From assembly GCF_018977255.1 (NCBI RefSeq), contig NW_024704750.1, forward strand, positions 10,168,001 through 10,232,000: a stretch of 64,000 nt of DNA, read 5' to 3'. Shown here one piece after another: positions 26,046 to 39,490 of this stretch (positions are counted from its first letter, which is position 1; every line of letters starts with the position of its first letter). The notes beneath the pieces are model-generated. The model was not told the origin of the DNA and did no database searches. It saw nothing but the letters and a program-made list of their open reading frames with translations. The DNA comes from Callorhinchus milii (taxonomy: Eukaryota). Position numbers and translations under genes: made by a program.

Positions 26046-26418
26046 GGAGTCCTGTGGTTTAGTGGTTAGAGCAATCGCCTCGTAAGCGAGAGGACCTGGG
26101 TTCGATTCCCAGCAGGGCGAAATGTTGGGCAAGTTTCCTTACTCCACACACCTCTGTTTACGTAGTAGCAAGCAGGAACCCAGTTGTTAGTCGATTGGCA
26201 GATCGCTTTTCTAGGGGTAATAATTCCTTAAAAATATATTTTTAAAATAATAATTTGGTCACTCAATTCACGACTGTTTGTGGGATACTGCTATGTGCAA
26301 TCGGCTGCCACATTTGGCCCACAAGATATACAATTCACTTTACAGTATATTCTGTGAAGCGTTTTGAGACGTCTCGAAGACGTGATAAGGCGCTGTATCA
26401 AATGTAAAGATTATTATT
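26046..26418 (+). mobile_element. tRNA-derived SINE, long form, full length
   Basis: Head, internal segment 26154-26218, tail. Confidence 0.9.
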
Positions 26419-26484
26419 CTGTTATAGGACCCTGCCTGGGCCAGTTCCACTATTTGATGCACAGAATGTTGAAGCTCTGTGAAC

Positions 26485-26810
26485 CGATTATCCCATCCTT
26501 GCCTGACTGCATTGGCTCCCCATTCCTCATAGGATCAAATTTAAAATTCTCATCCTCACTTTCAAAGCCCTCCATGGCCTTGCTCCTCCCTACCTCTACG
26601 ACCTATTAACACCATATCAACCTGTCCGCTCCCTTCATTCGGCAGGCACTAGCATGCTTTTTTGTACTCCGTCCTACACACTTCACCATCGGTCGGGCCT
26701 TCAAATTTTCTACCCCCACGCTCTGGAACTCCATCCCAGAATCCCTCCCTTACCTCCTTCAAGGCCTGTATCAAGACTTTACTCTTTGATTGTGCTTTCT
26801 GTCACCATTC
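26485..26810 (+). mobile_element. Decayed L2 LINE ORF2 3' fragment
   Basis: CTGCATTGGCTCCCCATTCCTCATAGGATCAAATTTAAAATTCTCATCCTCACTTTCAAAGCCCTCCATGGCCTTGCTCC encodes LHWLPIPHRIKFKILILTFKALHGLAP. Confidence 0.82.
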
Positions 26811-26975
26811 TCATAAAATGGGTGGGGAAAATCAGTTACTTAGTTTACCAATACTTTAACATGAGCTAACTCAATGCAAAGCAGCATTAGTAGCCAATTC
26901 TTTGGGGCTGGTGTTGGCATGGGGTGGGTGGGGTGAGAGCAGAACTTTGTTTTTAAAATAATTAAGATATATTTT

Positions 26976-27291
26976 GGAGTCCTGTAGCTCAGTGGTTAGA
27001 GCACTCGCTTTGCAAGCGAGAGACCTGAGTTCAATTCCAGGCAGGGCGAAACCTCGAGCAAGTTTCCTTACTCCACACGCCTAATAATGATCCCTCCAAA
27101 AAACCAAAAACAATAATAAGATTGGTAATTTTCAATCTACGGCTGTTTGTGGGACATTGCTGTGTGCAATTGGCTGCCGCGTTCGCCCACAAATATACAG
27201 TCAATTCACTTTACAGTGTGTTCTGTGAAGCGCTTTGGGACGTCCTCCCGACGAGAAAACCGCTATATCAAATGCAAGGATTATTATTATT
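26976..27291 (+). mobile_element. tRNA-Ala-derived SINE, short young form, full length
   Basis: Intact A/B boxes and anticodon arm CTCGC-TTTGCAA-GCGAG. Confidence 0.92.
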
Positions 27292-30200
27292 TTTTAAATA
27301 ATGCCACAAAATATATATTTTGACTCAGAAGAAAGCCAAAGATGTAAACCGACAATAGATGAGAGTCTCCAAGCAGCTCACTTACTACATTGTGTTCCAA
27401 ATGTGACATTAGTTGGTATATAACAATAAAAAGAGACTCCATTTTTTGTTAGAAAAAAACATGACATGTTTCTGTATACCCAACTGTTTGAAATTAAGCC
27501 TGCATCTATAAAGTTGCCTGTCTTTTTCCCCTTCCTCTATGGACTTCTTCTAAGATTTATTTTTGTGGGCTCTAACTCCTCCAGGGGGACTTGCCCAAGA
27601 GACCGCTCTTCACGTGTGAGTGTCGGCTAGCTATTCAACCACAAACACAAGGGAGATAGAATCACAGCTGAGCCTGACCCTGCTCTCACCCAACTTTGAG
27701 TGCTTTGGGACGTGCTCCCAATGTGAAAGGCACTATGTAACTATCAATTTGTATTGTATGTACAATCGTGTAAACTGTCTATCAAGGCTAACAATCGGGA
27801 CATGAAATCTTGGATGGTTTTCATTAGACTAAGACCAATAATTTCATCCTAAATATTGCTCCAACTGAAATCACGTAATTCACCACAGCCTGAGAATCAA
27901 ACTTTCAATTATTCGGTTTGCTTGGCTTGGGCTGCACTAAAGGCAGCAGGACTTTCCCCAATAGAACAATCAGAGCGCCCTCTCTGGATTACAGTATATT
28001 CATAGGGAATTCTATAATACAACACACACAACAAAGCACAACACACGTAATACTTAAATCATTAGGCTCTGAAAGGATTGGTCATCTGTTAGAAGTCTTT
28101 GATGAGGTGTCACAGCAAATGAATGCTGCTTTAGAAGGCTTTTAACAAAATGCAGTTGGACATGTTAGAGGGAAACAGCCAGCTAATGCAACCATATGTT
28201 GTCAAACATGTCACCCTGGAGCCAGATCAGCTCTAAGGAGACTCCTTCAAGCTGAACTGGCTCCAAGGTGATATGTTTGGCAACGGAATGTCGGAATTGA
28301 GCCAACCCTCTGTGGTTGTCTCTGTGGTCCAGTTCCTGAGCCAGGCAGGTCCACATTACTCCAGGGCACTGCTGATGACAGTACGGCCAGGCTGGTTCAT
28401 TATCAGGACTTGGAAGGGCAGACAGTCATTGGGGGGCATGGACTCTTCCCACTCAGCTCCCATTATCCCACAAGCCAAAGCCCTAATAGGTGGGATGGAC
28501 CTAGCTGGTCAAATAGCAGAAAAGGTATTGATTTTTAGCAGTATCCCAACTCACACTCTGGGGTCTCTAAACCTTGGCTCTTGCCAACCACCATTTATCA
28601 CTTCCCAGAATTAGGTAAGCAGGATGCATTCCTCCAGAGAGAAAGTGTGCATTCTATTCTAACAAATTTCTCTGGAAATTCCATGTAAAGGTCGGATGCT
28701 TGTAATTCTGTTTGGTTTGGACACTCTTAAGCATGGTGATGGGGGTCCACATGTATCAGACACCTGGCTGTCCAAAAAAAGGCTTTGGAGGGGGGAAAAA
28801 CAGTAACCAAATGCTGTCAGAAATAGAATAGGAGGTGAGGTTTCTTTGCTGTGGCTAGGAAGATATGTGTTGGTGGGGCGGGTGGGGAATGTCGAGTGAA
28901 GGTTGAATACCGCATTAAAGAATGCAGGAGAATCTGGAAATTCCTGGATTGTCTTGTGCATTAAGGGTGTATTTATGTAGACCTTCATGTGGTAAATTTA
29001 CCTGGTATGCAAAAGAAGTGGGTTGGACATGAAACATTTTGTTTTATGTTCTTGTTCCTGGTAAAGTGCAAAAGTTGGCAGATCCTCTCCTTGCTACAAT
29101 CTAATTGAATTTCCCAGACCATAGCATTTATTACCGAATGTCATCTGAATGTCAATTGCACGCTTTACGATTAAGCATTTATCTCTCCTGAAAGGAGAAG
29201 ATGGGTGTGAACCTGATGAGCCACAGTGCAGTCCTGATTTATACTTTTATTGCTGATGATGAACTGATGTAAATCAAGAGTGACAAATTCACAAGTGAAT
29301 TGCAAAAGTGATCCTGAACAATGAGTTAGAGATTAACGTTTCACTGCGAGCAGCTACATTTGCAATTTATATCTTGAATTTCATTTTAAACTGATTTAAT
29401 AATAATCCTTAAATTTGATATAGCATTTTTCATGTCAGAAGGACATCTCAAAGCGCTTCATAGAAGTTTCCTATAAAATGTAGTAATTGCATATTTTTAT
29501 TTGTTCGTGAACACAGCAGCCAATTTGCATAGAACATCACCCCACGAACAGCCGTGAAGTGAATGACTGTTTTTTTTTATTTGGGGAATTATTGATCTGG
29601 AGACCAGGAGAAATTCCTTGGAATTGAATGATGAGACTTAACTTGCCTTGAAAAGGATTTCAGTAAAGCTAGTTTGAGTTCTCCAAGCATCAGATCTCTG
29701 CTAGCACCAGCAGATGTTGGAGAAATACCTGAAATGCTTGCAGCGATGTGATCTACCTCCTTGGTCTTCTATCATTCATGATAGAAGTAAACCTGTTTCA
29801 AAAACAAGACTAGACAGTGCACAGTGTTTAGCTGAAGGTTGATCCTGTTACTTCTGCTGTATTATCACAAACTTATCCCAAGGGCGGTTTGATTTTCTGC
29901 AGCTAATACAACAGTTTTTAACCACACTCAGTGAACATTTACCTGCCCATAAATTAATGCTCTTTAAAGTTTCTTCAGCGTTTGCCATTTTGTGACTTTG
30001 TTAGCAGAAATTAAGGCAAACTTTTGTAAACAATGATCTTTAAGGAAAACTTCAATGAGTATTGAATCATATTAGATTGTGCATCGTAGATTGTACCTAT
30101 CCTTGTCTATCAATGGTGATCTCCCACCAAGCAATCTGAGTGCACCATTGTGTGCTTGTTCTTGCATGCTGTGAATGAGGTATGATGTCTTCTAAGAGCT

Positions 30201-32299
30201 TATTTACATGTCAAGATCAGAGGCAAGCATATCTTACGATAACCGACAAGCGATTCTGCTCCTTTCAGACAAGCAGCCACCTACTCTCTGTGGCCTGATA
30301 AGATCTTAAGTCATCAGTCGGAAATTCGCATCATGCAAATTTCCTTCCGAAGACATTTCAGCAACAGTCGTGCAAGAGGTTACATGTTGGCTGCCCAGGA
30401 TGAGCTGAGTAGAAATATTTGGCTGTATGTGGAATTGGAGAAACTATGGGATATCAAAAAAGGGGAACATGCCAATCGTCTAACAGCATGGGGACATTAC
30501 AGAGAAAGAAAAACATTCAGTGAGTTTGTGTTCACTTGTGGTCTAAAACCTTTCTATGCAATCTAAACCCAAATTGTTTGTGTTTCTGCTAGCACAAAGC
30601 TGTTTGAGACAATGTGTTCTGATCCCCTGATAACTGTTGTTGCTTTGAAGAATGTATGTTATTCTATTTTTAATATGATAAATGCTTACTTTTTCTTTAT
30701 TTGAATACTGCTACATTCTCTTTTAACAAAATATGTGTTAGATCGTTAATAAATGTATGGTCATTTACATCTTGATCATTTATTCAGTGTAGGTTATGTG
30801 CAATATATCAGACTAAATACTCTTAACTGTTTTAACTCAATATACTTCTGCAAAAGTTAGTGGTGCATATTAACGAGTTCTGCCTATAAAGTAAAAACAT
30901 CAGAGGAATATTTTCAGTACTCTTAAGAGTGTAGGTGGCCGCGTGGAATGCGATCAGTTTTAAAATCCATTGCAAACATGTGCAGGGAATAATAGTTTAC
31001 CCTTCTCTCCCCTTCTGGTTATTTTCCTATTTTCAGATGCTGGGCTACTGTTGCTATACTATGTGTGGGAGAGGACAGGTGGACAAACCATCCCCAAATA
31101 CTAAAGACTGGAGTTATTTTTAAAACTGTGGCAGCCTCAGTCATTTCCCTCGGAATGTTTGAGATGCTAACTGTTTAAAGATTTTTGTGTTTTTCATTTT
31201 TAAATCAAAATTTGACAAATGCTTTCAGTTGCTTTAATAGTTACCGGTATCTCAGCAAATTGTTCCAACTGTTGAACTATTGCAATTATTTAAAAAAAGG
31301 AACAATCATTAAGTCTACCTGGTTTAAACCATTGGTACTTCCACCATTACTAAGATCAGTTAACAGGCAACCCGTGTATCCTGCGATTTTCGTGTCTTCT
31401 CTCACAGTGCTGAGGACTTAAGCAATGATAGCAATGAACTATACATTTTACATTTATACAGCGCCTTTCACATTGCGAGGACCCTCAAAACAATTAATGT
31501 ATTATAATCCCGGAATTAAAGCATTAAATTTAGTATTGCAAAAAAATGTAATTTCAATGAGGAACTTGCATATCAGTTACGTGTTTTCTATTAATAATAA
31601 TAGTGAAGTTCGTGGATGGCATGAAATTGTTGCTTTCACAATATTAACCAGATTTACAGTACAGTAGAATTCTGCAAAAATACAAAGGCTTTTTCCTTTC
31701 AGAAGCACACCAGCAATGCAAGCGCACTTGATTTTAACAAGTGGGTTTCTGGTACACTTGTGAGGTTACTATCACATTATGTACTTGATTTTGTGCAACT
31801 GTCATTGTAAGCTTTTCAAAATTGAGCTCTTTCCTTTTGAAGCTGTGCATTTTTCCCCAAATTCTACAGAAACAGTCTTGGCCCTAGTTCAGTGAAATTT
31901 CTTCATAGTAATGTTAAATACCTGCAGCAGAACTTGAATTCTGGAGTCCCACAACTGTGAGAGTCAAAAACTAAAAATGGAGAACATTTTTTTGAGAAAT
32001 TAGTGCAAAAGACGTGGAGTTAAAGGACAGGGAACTGATAAATGGTTTGTTTGTTGGGATTCCAAGTACTACAAAAGGAGACTCTTTCCAGTAATTGAAA
32101 GTACGTAATGTTGACCATTCGCTCAGTGTCTGGATGGCACTGGAGTGGATGTCTATGTGGTCCGTTCCTGCGGGTTTTAATAGGAATTCTCAGGAAAATA
32201 CTACAAATCAGCCCCCCCCTATCTCACGCCTTCCTACCAGGGCCTGATGAGGTACAAAACAACCCGTTCTTGGAAATGAAAGAAATGAGTGTAAATACG

Positions 32300-32720
32300 T
32301 GTGCACCCTGGCTCAGTGGTAGCACTCTTTCCTCTTAGACAGAAGGTTGTGGGTTGAAGCTCCACATTAGGACTTGGAACTCCTGTAGCCTAAGCTTACA
32401 CTCCAATGCAGTGCTGGGGTTGTGTTACATTGTTGTGCTTCAAATGAGAAGTTAAACTGAAGCCCTCTCCACCTGTTCAGATGGACCTTAAAGATCCCAT
32501 GACACTACTTGGAAAAATAAAGGGAATTTTTCCCAGTGTCCTTGTCAACAATCTCCCAGATAAAATTGATCATTCACTTCATGGCTATTTGTGGGATATT
32601 GCTGTAAATTGGCCCAGAAAACGCACTGTCAGTCTTTACAGCATATTCTGTGAAGCATCCGTTGAATATCCTCCCAAAGTAAAAGGCATTATACCAAATA
32701 CAAGGATGATTGTTATTATG
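32300..32720 (+). mobile_element. Old Deu-domain SINE with tRNA-like head
   Basis: GGCTCAGTGGTAGCACTCT..CAGAAGGTTGTGGGTT head, Deu core CCTGTTCAGATGGACC..AAAGATCCCATGACACTA, decayed tail. Confidence 0.78.
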
Positions 32721-35700
32721 ATACTTGAAGTTTGAAATAATAAAATTGAGCAATCAGTGTTTGAAAGAGAAAGGCAAGTTTAAGGTTTGGATAGGACTTC
32801 TCCCCCACATCTTCGTTATTTTTTAAAATTTGAATGCAGCATTTAAACCGAGAATTTGGGCCATGGTTTCAAATTTTAGCACTATGGGTGAATCAGATAG
32901 AGATCACCAGTGATCAACAAGCCCATTGCTGTGTAAAAAGACACAAAGTACACATACAGTATACTGTGTTTGTCCTTTGGTTGGTCCCAATGATTTGCAA
33001 TAGCAATATGGCAAGGCTCTGAGAAGTGGTAAGCCTCAGCCACAGGCTCATCCAGCTTGATTTGGATTTGTTTAGGCAACCACAATGAGTTAAAATTATG
33101 CATAAGCAAAATTAAGCTCCAAGGGTTTAAGGACATGGTAGGCAGTCTGATGCTAGGCTTACTGAGAAAGCATGCTTCTACAGCCATAAGATGGATGGTA
33201 CATAATTAATCTATGTGACTTATAAGGCTGGATCCAAAGATTTAAAAATTGTCACGGTCTAACCAAATAAATTATAATGGAACTGCAAGTGCCAACAAAA
33301 CTGCAGCTACCCTTTGACACATTGATCAGAAGGAACCTCAGTTCGAAGGGAGATCAGGAAATATTTCTTCACACAGACACTGTGAAAATGAAGAATGCAC
33401 AAATTTGCCCTAGCAGGTTGTGACAGCAGAATGAATGCTGTAATAAAGAAATAGATAGATACTTGGCAAGTAAGAGTATTAAAAAGGATGGAGAAAAGGG
33501 GAGAGAAATTGGATTATAAAATGGTCCTCCCAGAACCATAGAAATCGTGTCAGTGCTGGCTCTTTTTAAGGCAATTGTCTTGTTCTCTCTTGACGGTTAA
33601 TATGGATTCTGCCACTCAACCACTGCTCTCAAAGGGCATTATATATCCCAACTACACTGTGTGTGAAAAAAAATTCTCTTAACCTTCCCATTTGCTTTCT
33701 TACTATCTTAAATTGAAGTCATCTAGTTATTGACTCAGTGGGGAATCCTGTCCCTATATTCCTTGGAATTTTTGAGGAATATGAGGAGTCTCAATCGTCA
33801 CTGGGAACCTTGATTCAGAAATGTACAGGGCAAATGAAAGTCATGGATAACTGCAGATCTGATCTCATGCCTTCAGAACACCCGTTCCCCGAACTATTTT
33901 TTAGTAATTTTAACACTTAGTTATACAATGTTATACCTCGTATTTGTTCAGTCTGAGCAACAAAAGCAGCAGCAACAGGCTGAAAAGCGCAGCAGAGTTC
34001 AAACACTGGTGACAGGTCTGTCTGTGATCACCAGTTCTGTCTGCAGAAGTGTTCAGTGCTCAGAGCTATCAATCAATCACTCTGAGCCTGGTACAGCAGC
34101 CTGATGAAAACAAACATTACATCGCTCTTACAACTGATGGATGCTGGCATCATCCAAATATTTAAATGTTTCAACAAAAAATAACTTTATCAGCACTTTA
34201 TTGCCTGAGCAGAAGACATCCAGGAACATGCTTGCTCCTGGTAGTTTTAGATGCTGATATCATGATCTTCTACCAACTGTAGAGCAAACACAGAGCAATG
34301 CAGAAGCCAGCAGTGATACTGCCCTTGATGCAGCAAGGCAACATATAGCTTACAGACAAGTGTGTTAAGACATCCTTTCCTCTTAACATGCAATGATATA
34401 TGTGGTCTCAGAGTTTACAGTGTGACACTTCATTACTAAATGACTTCTAGAAAGAACAGGCTTTCATTTATGTAGCATCTTAAGTCAAAAGGTCTCAACG
34501 ATCTTCAGATTATTATTATAAACATGCTGTTTTGGGCCAGGAAATACATTATTGTTTTGGCAGCAAGCATGGCAGCCATTCGACCCTCAGTGATCCATCC
34601 CATAAACAGGCATGAGGTGAATATTTCTGGACAGTTGTTTGCTATTTTATTTTATTATTATTTTATTCGTTGTTTCCCGACGTGAAGGGCGCTATACAAA
34701 TGGAATCTTTTTGTTGGTTGTTGTTGTTGATAGGACACTGGAAGAAACTCCATTCTATTTTTGAATAGTGACTTGAGCTCTTGAAAGCTTCGCCAGTACT
34801 GTTCAGCTACTGAGTGTCACCCTGGCTGTGGGCTTGAATCTCAATTTGGGGCTTGAGCCCTTCTAGTCCTGGGTCAAGAATGCCATACACTGAGCCCAAA
34901 TTATAATCTCTTATATATTGAACTACACCCTTATCTGACCACAGTCAGTACACAGAATTAGACTATCCCTCTGCACCATCTCTGCAGTCACTTTATAATC
35001 CCCTAATATTCTGGTAACAGAGTTAACAATGCAGATATATGGATGATTCATCCCCCCACCCTTCACACTCTCTTTTACCCTTCTTTAAGTCGTCTCTTTG
35101 CTCTGTCCTCCCCCATCCTTTCTCTCTCCCCCCCCCCCCCCCCAGTGGAACACACAGAGAGCTGGATTTGAATGCTCTCATCTTATAAATAAATACAAGA
35201 CTCCTTTGCAAACCAACGTAAACCCATTTAAGAGGGTGCACTTGCAATTTTGAAAAAGATTCTTTTATGGGAGAGAGTGCTTTACTAACAACTTTCGAGA
35301 ATGAATCTCGAACGTTTTAGCAGTTGGTGACAGACATAGTCAACTTTAATAAACAGGTCCCAGTTGCCTGGACAAATATAGCACCTTCTGAATACAAGCT
35401 TCCCCAGTCAACCGAGCGGACAGCGATTGGCATCAGAGAAATGAAATGTAAAAGCAACCTCCAAGCAGTGCTATTACCATGCACCAATTGGGGAATTCTG
35501 GAGGCGGGTTTTGTCTGAGTTGAGATTAAAGGAATTGCAAGTGGTTCAAAGCTGTCAGTGAGTCCCACAAGTGTCTCTCTCTCCCTCCTTCCACTGAGAC
35601 CTTGAGATAAGTGAAAGTAATTGTGAAACTCACGGTTCAATTCACACCAGAAGCCGCCTTGCCTGTGTTAAACGGATAAAGTTAAATTAGACTTGTGAAA

Positions 35701-35812
35701 TTCTTTGTTAAGTGTCTGGTATGGGGAGGGAAAGAGATCTCCCCTCTGAAACAAAAATTCTGCCACCAAATAATTCAACTATTTTTTGCTCTTACTGCAT
35801 GTTGCATTTTTT

Positions 35813-36122
35813 CCTTGCATTTTTTTTTGATATAGCGCTTTTCACGTCGGGAGGACGTCCCAAAGCGCTTCACAGAACACACTGTAAAGTGAATTGACTA
35901 TATTTGTGGGCGAACGCGGCAGCCAATTGCGCACAGCAATGTCCCACAAACAGTCGTAGATTAAAAATGACCAATTTTATTGTTGTTTTTTTTTGGTTTT
36001 GGAGGGATTATTATTAGGCGTGTGGAGTAAGGAAACTTGCCCAAGATTTCACCCTGCCTGGAATTGAACTCAGGTCTCTCGCTTGCAAAGCGAGTGCTCT
36101 AACCACTGAGCTACAGGACTCC
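35813..36122 (-). mobile_element. tRNA-Ala-derived SINE, short young form
   Basis: Reverse complement of the short form; lacks the (ATT)n tail. Confidence 0.92.
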
Positions 36123-36736
36123 AATGTTGACCTTTTGTTAGGAAAAAAAACAGATAATACTGAACCGGTGAAACATAAACACGAGAGAATCCATACAGGG
36201 ACAACCAACAAATTGCATTTCTATAGTGCCGTTCATGTCAGGAGGACCATTTAATATTAGACTACAAATAATTCAGTGTGAGATTCAATTCCGAACGATC
36301 TTGTACAGCATTGCTTTGCATTTCTAAAAGCACCAGAAATTAGTTAACTATTCTATGCCTATCATAATGGAGCATGTGTGGGTTTAGTGTCTGCTACATG
36401 ACTACACGTGCTGTGGCTCTCAGTTGCAGCAGTCAGTGTTCCAAGGTAAGTTGCTTTGAAACAACAGGTCTGTGTTCACATGGTACAGTGAACTTTTTCC
36501 CCCCTTGTGTTTAAATTTGCATATGAACTGCAGCCTCTACAGATAGAGAGAGAGAGAGAGTGTTAAGTGCTTCAGTTGCCAAAGGGAGGTTGACGGCTTC
36601 TACCAGTCCAGCCGGAGAGGGAGAGGGAGAGGGTGTTTCTCTTTTTATCCTCCACGCTCTGTGTCTGACTGTACACACATGTGAGATTCAGCTGAGCAAT
36701 TTGACGCTTTTCCAACTGCTGCTGTTCATCTTTCAG

Positions 36737-36915
36737 GAACTCCCGACCAGGATGCACAAACCCTAACATTGCGACTGTACCTCGCCAGAGAGGCTACGGT
36801 GTGTCCAGCCTAAGCCCTGCTCAGATCACCCGGGTCAAAGTGATGATGTCCCTGGGACAACTAGCCAAAGGAGCCAGCATGGATGACCTACTTGAAACCT
36901 GCATTCAGTCATTTG
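36737..36915 (+). CDS. RASGRP1: RASGRP1 exon (equivalent to exon 2): [59 protein letters not shown]
   Basis: TTTCAG acceptor, TTG|GTAAGA donor, 179 nt, phases 2/1. Matches RASGRP1 [25 protein letters not shown] at the start of the REM domain. Confidence 0.92.
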
Positions 36916-39039
36916 GTAAGATTTACTTTCAGTTCCTCTTAAAAGAGTGTGTCTATTTCTTGATGTGAGTGTTGTTTGAGTTAAGTGGTCTTTTTTTTTC
37001 CCCCCCTCCCCTTGACTTCAGCTCTTCGTTTAATCATTTTACGATGAAATTATCCATTTGTAAATGAAGGGTTATATCTGTGTGTCAGGATTTGAGAATG
37101 AGCCGTGTGTTTTAGCAGATTTAATTTCAGTCTGTAAATGAGTTGTCCGTCACAAAACGTTATATATTGACCCACTAATTGGTGCTAAAATATTTTTTAA
37201 AAAATAAGAGATCTGTTGATTGCTGGAAATGTGAAACAATGTTGGGTATTTATAGGAGCTTAACCAGTACCTGAATTAGTCAGATAAGAGGTACATTAAC
37301 CTACAGCATTCTCTTTTAGACAATATTGATCCATCTCCTGTGTGAATTACTAGTATTATGATTCTTACATTGAATTGTGTTATCTATGGTCGAACAGTTC
37401 AGAATATACCGTATAATCATTTGATATGGGATGTTTTTAAGTTGTATTATTGTAAACAACTTTAAAACAATAACACAGCCGTAGCATACTATTGCACCGT
37501 AATTTGGGCAATTTCGTCTTGCAGGGAATATTTAAATTGCACAAATATATTAAACAAGCAATACAGACAGAATATGAATTCCCTTTCCATTCAGAAATCA
37601 AATACTGTGTGTCTATTCACAGTATACTAGAAAAGAAAATCTCTCTCAAGGTTATTCTCTCGCTTCGAGAGAATAGAAATGAAGTTCTATAGAATAGCTT
37701 GAAAATGCAATTCCTGTTTTCAAGGTACAGAAGTTACTGAAAACTCAAGGCACTAATTAATTCCAACAATTATTGACAGAGCTGTTTGTTTAGTGACAGG
37801 CGTTTGCGGTCTGAAAGAATTCCGAATTTAATCCACATTTAATTCACTGGTCTTTTAAGATTGTATGCGTCAAGTTCATAAGGCATGTCTATCAGACAGA
37901 AACCAGTGTACCACTCACCTACTGATCCAGTATTTTGGGAGCACTGAACCCTTTTCACATAACTTCCAGAGTTAATCAATCAGCATAATTTCCAAGGTGT
38001 AATAGATTCAGACCACTTCCTGTTTCGTGTCAAGGTTAATGCGAGTTAGTCCCAAATAAATTAATATTTAAACAATACTTGCGCAAATGCTCTTGTCTGT
38101 AGGATTACTGCAGTGAGCTGTGAACAAGAAATTCACTACTAGATTTAAGTTTGGTAGAAATGATGTTTACAATCTTCTGTGTAAATAGCCTATGTGTGAT
38201 GATGTTGATAATGTCAAATTTCTGGCAAAGATAAATGATCACATCTAATTCATTAACATTTCTATCCTTGGGATGTACACCATGTGTTGTGACTATTGCC
38301 TTCCAGACATTTAAATTATTTCCTATTTGGTGACATATGGAACTACTGTCTCTATTTCCCATACCTATAATGTTTCACTTTGCTGCAGTAGCAAAATGAG
38401 GCTTGTTATTATGCCTGTGGAATGAACAAGGAAGTCAGATTTGAACATCTTAAAGTTAGAAATGTACCAAAAATGTCATAATTTTATGGGTGTTTTGAGC
38501 TAGAGATGATAGTGCTGTCTTTGTTGTAGGGAATATTCGTGAAATGTCTGTTAATTATGTATACTGCACTCAAAAGATAGTGATTTGTTACATTATATTT
38601 AAGTTCTGTAATCTTTTAACAGGTTAACAATACCACTTAGCATATCTGATTCTGATTCTACAATTGTTCAATTGAGCTTTTTAAAACCACAATTATTGTC
38701 GAACAATAATGTCATGATATATCAAATGTCATTAAGGCAAAAGTCGCCATACTGATTAAAAGTATTTTATACATAAGTTATGTCACATAATGGTGTTCAG
38801 TTGGTATCAGCAATAAGAATATATACAGTGGCTCCATACATCCCCTTTGACCTTTCGATCTTCCATTAACCCTTCCACACACACACACCAACAACAACTT
38901 GCATTTATATAGTGCCCTTCACATGGGATAGCACACATTCCCTTAAGACACAGACTGGACGTGCAAACAATATCTACCCGTCTGCTTTTGAATTGTCCAC
39001 TAGGACATGCACAAGAATATTGGTTGCTCAAGTTCCAGT

Positions 39040-39490
39040 TTTCTTCTCTGATCCCTTTCTCCAAACTGAAATTAGGAGTTTGACTTTAAGACACTCACCC
39101 TTAGCTTCAAATGTCTCCCTGGCCTTAACCTCCCCTGCTTCTCAGATTTCCTTCAATTCTACTTGCCTAACTATCGCGTTCGCCCACAAATTTACAGTCA
39201 ATTCACTTTGCAGTGTGTTCTGTGAAGCGCTTTGGGACGTCCTTCCGACGTGAAAAGCGTTATATCAAATGCAAGGATTATTAAGGATTATTATTATCCG
39301 TTTCCTTCGCCAACTCTGACTTACTTTATGTTCCTCTATCCATTGGCATGCAAGCTTTCAGACACCTTGCCCCCACTCTCTGGACATCTCTCCTGAAATC
39401 CCTCTACCTCACTGCTTCCTGTCTGCTTTAACCCTGTCCAAAAACCTATTAATTTGCACCTTCGGACATCTTTTCCCTCCAGCCCCAAAC
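39040..39490 (+). mobile_element. Old L2-like remnant interrupted by a SINE 3' fragment (39175-39297)
   Basis: Pyrimidine-rich L2-like sequence on both sides of a young SINE tail ending GGATTATTAAGGATTATT. Confidence 0.6.
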
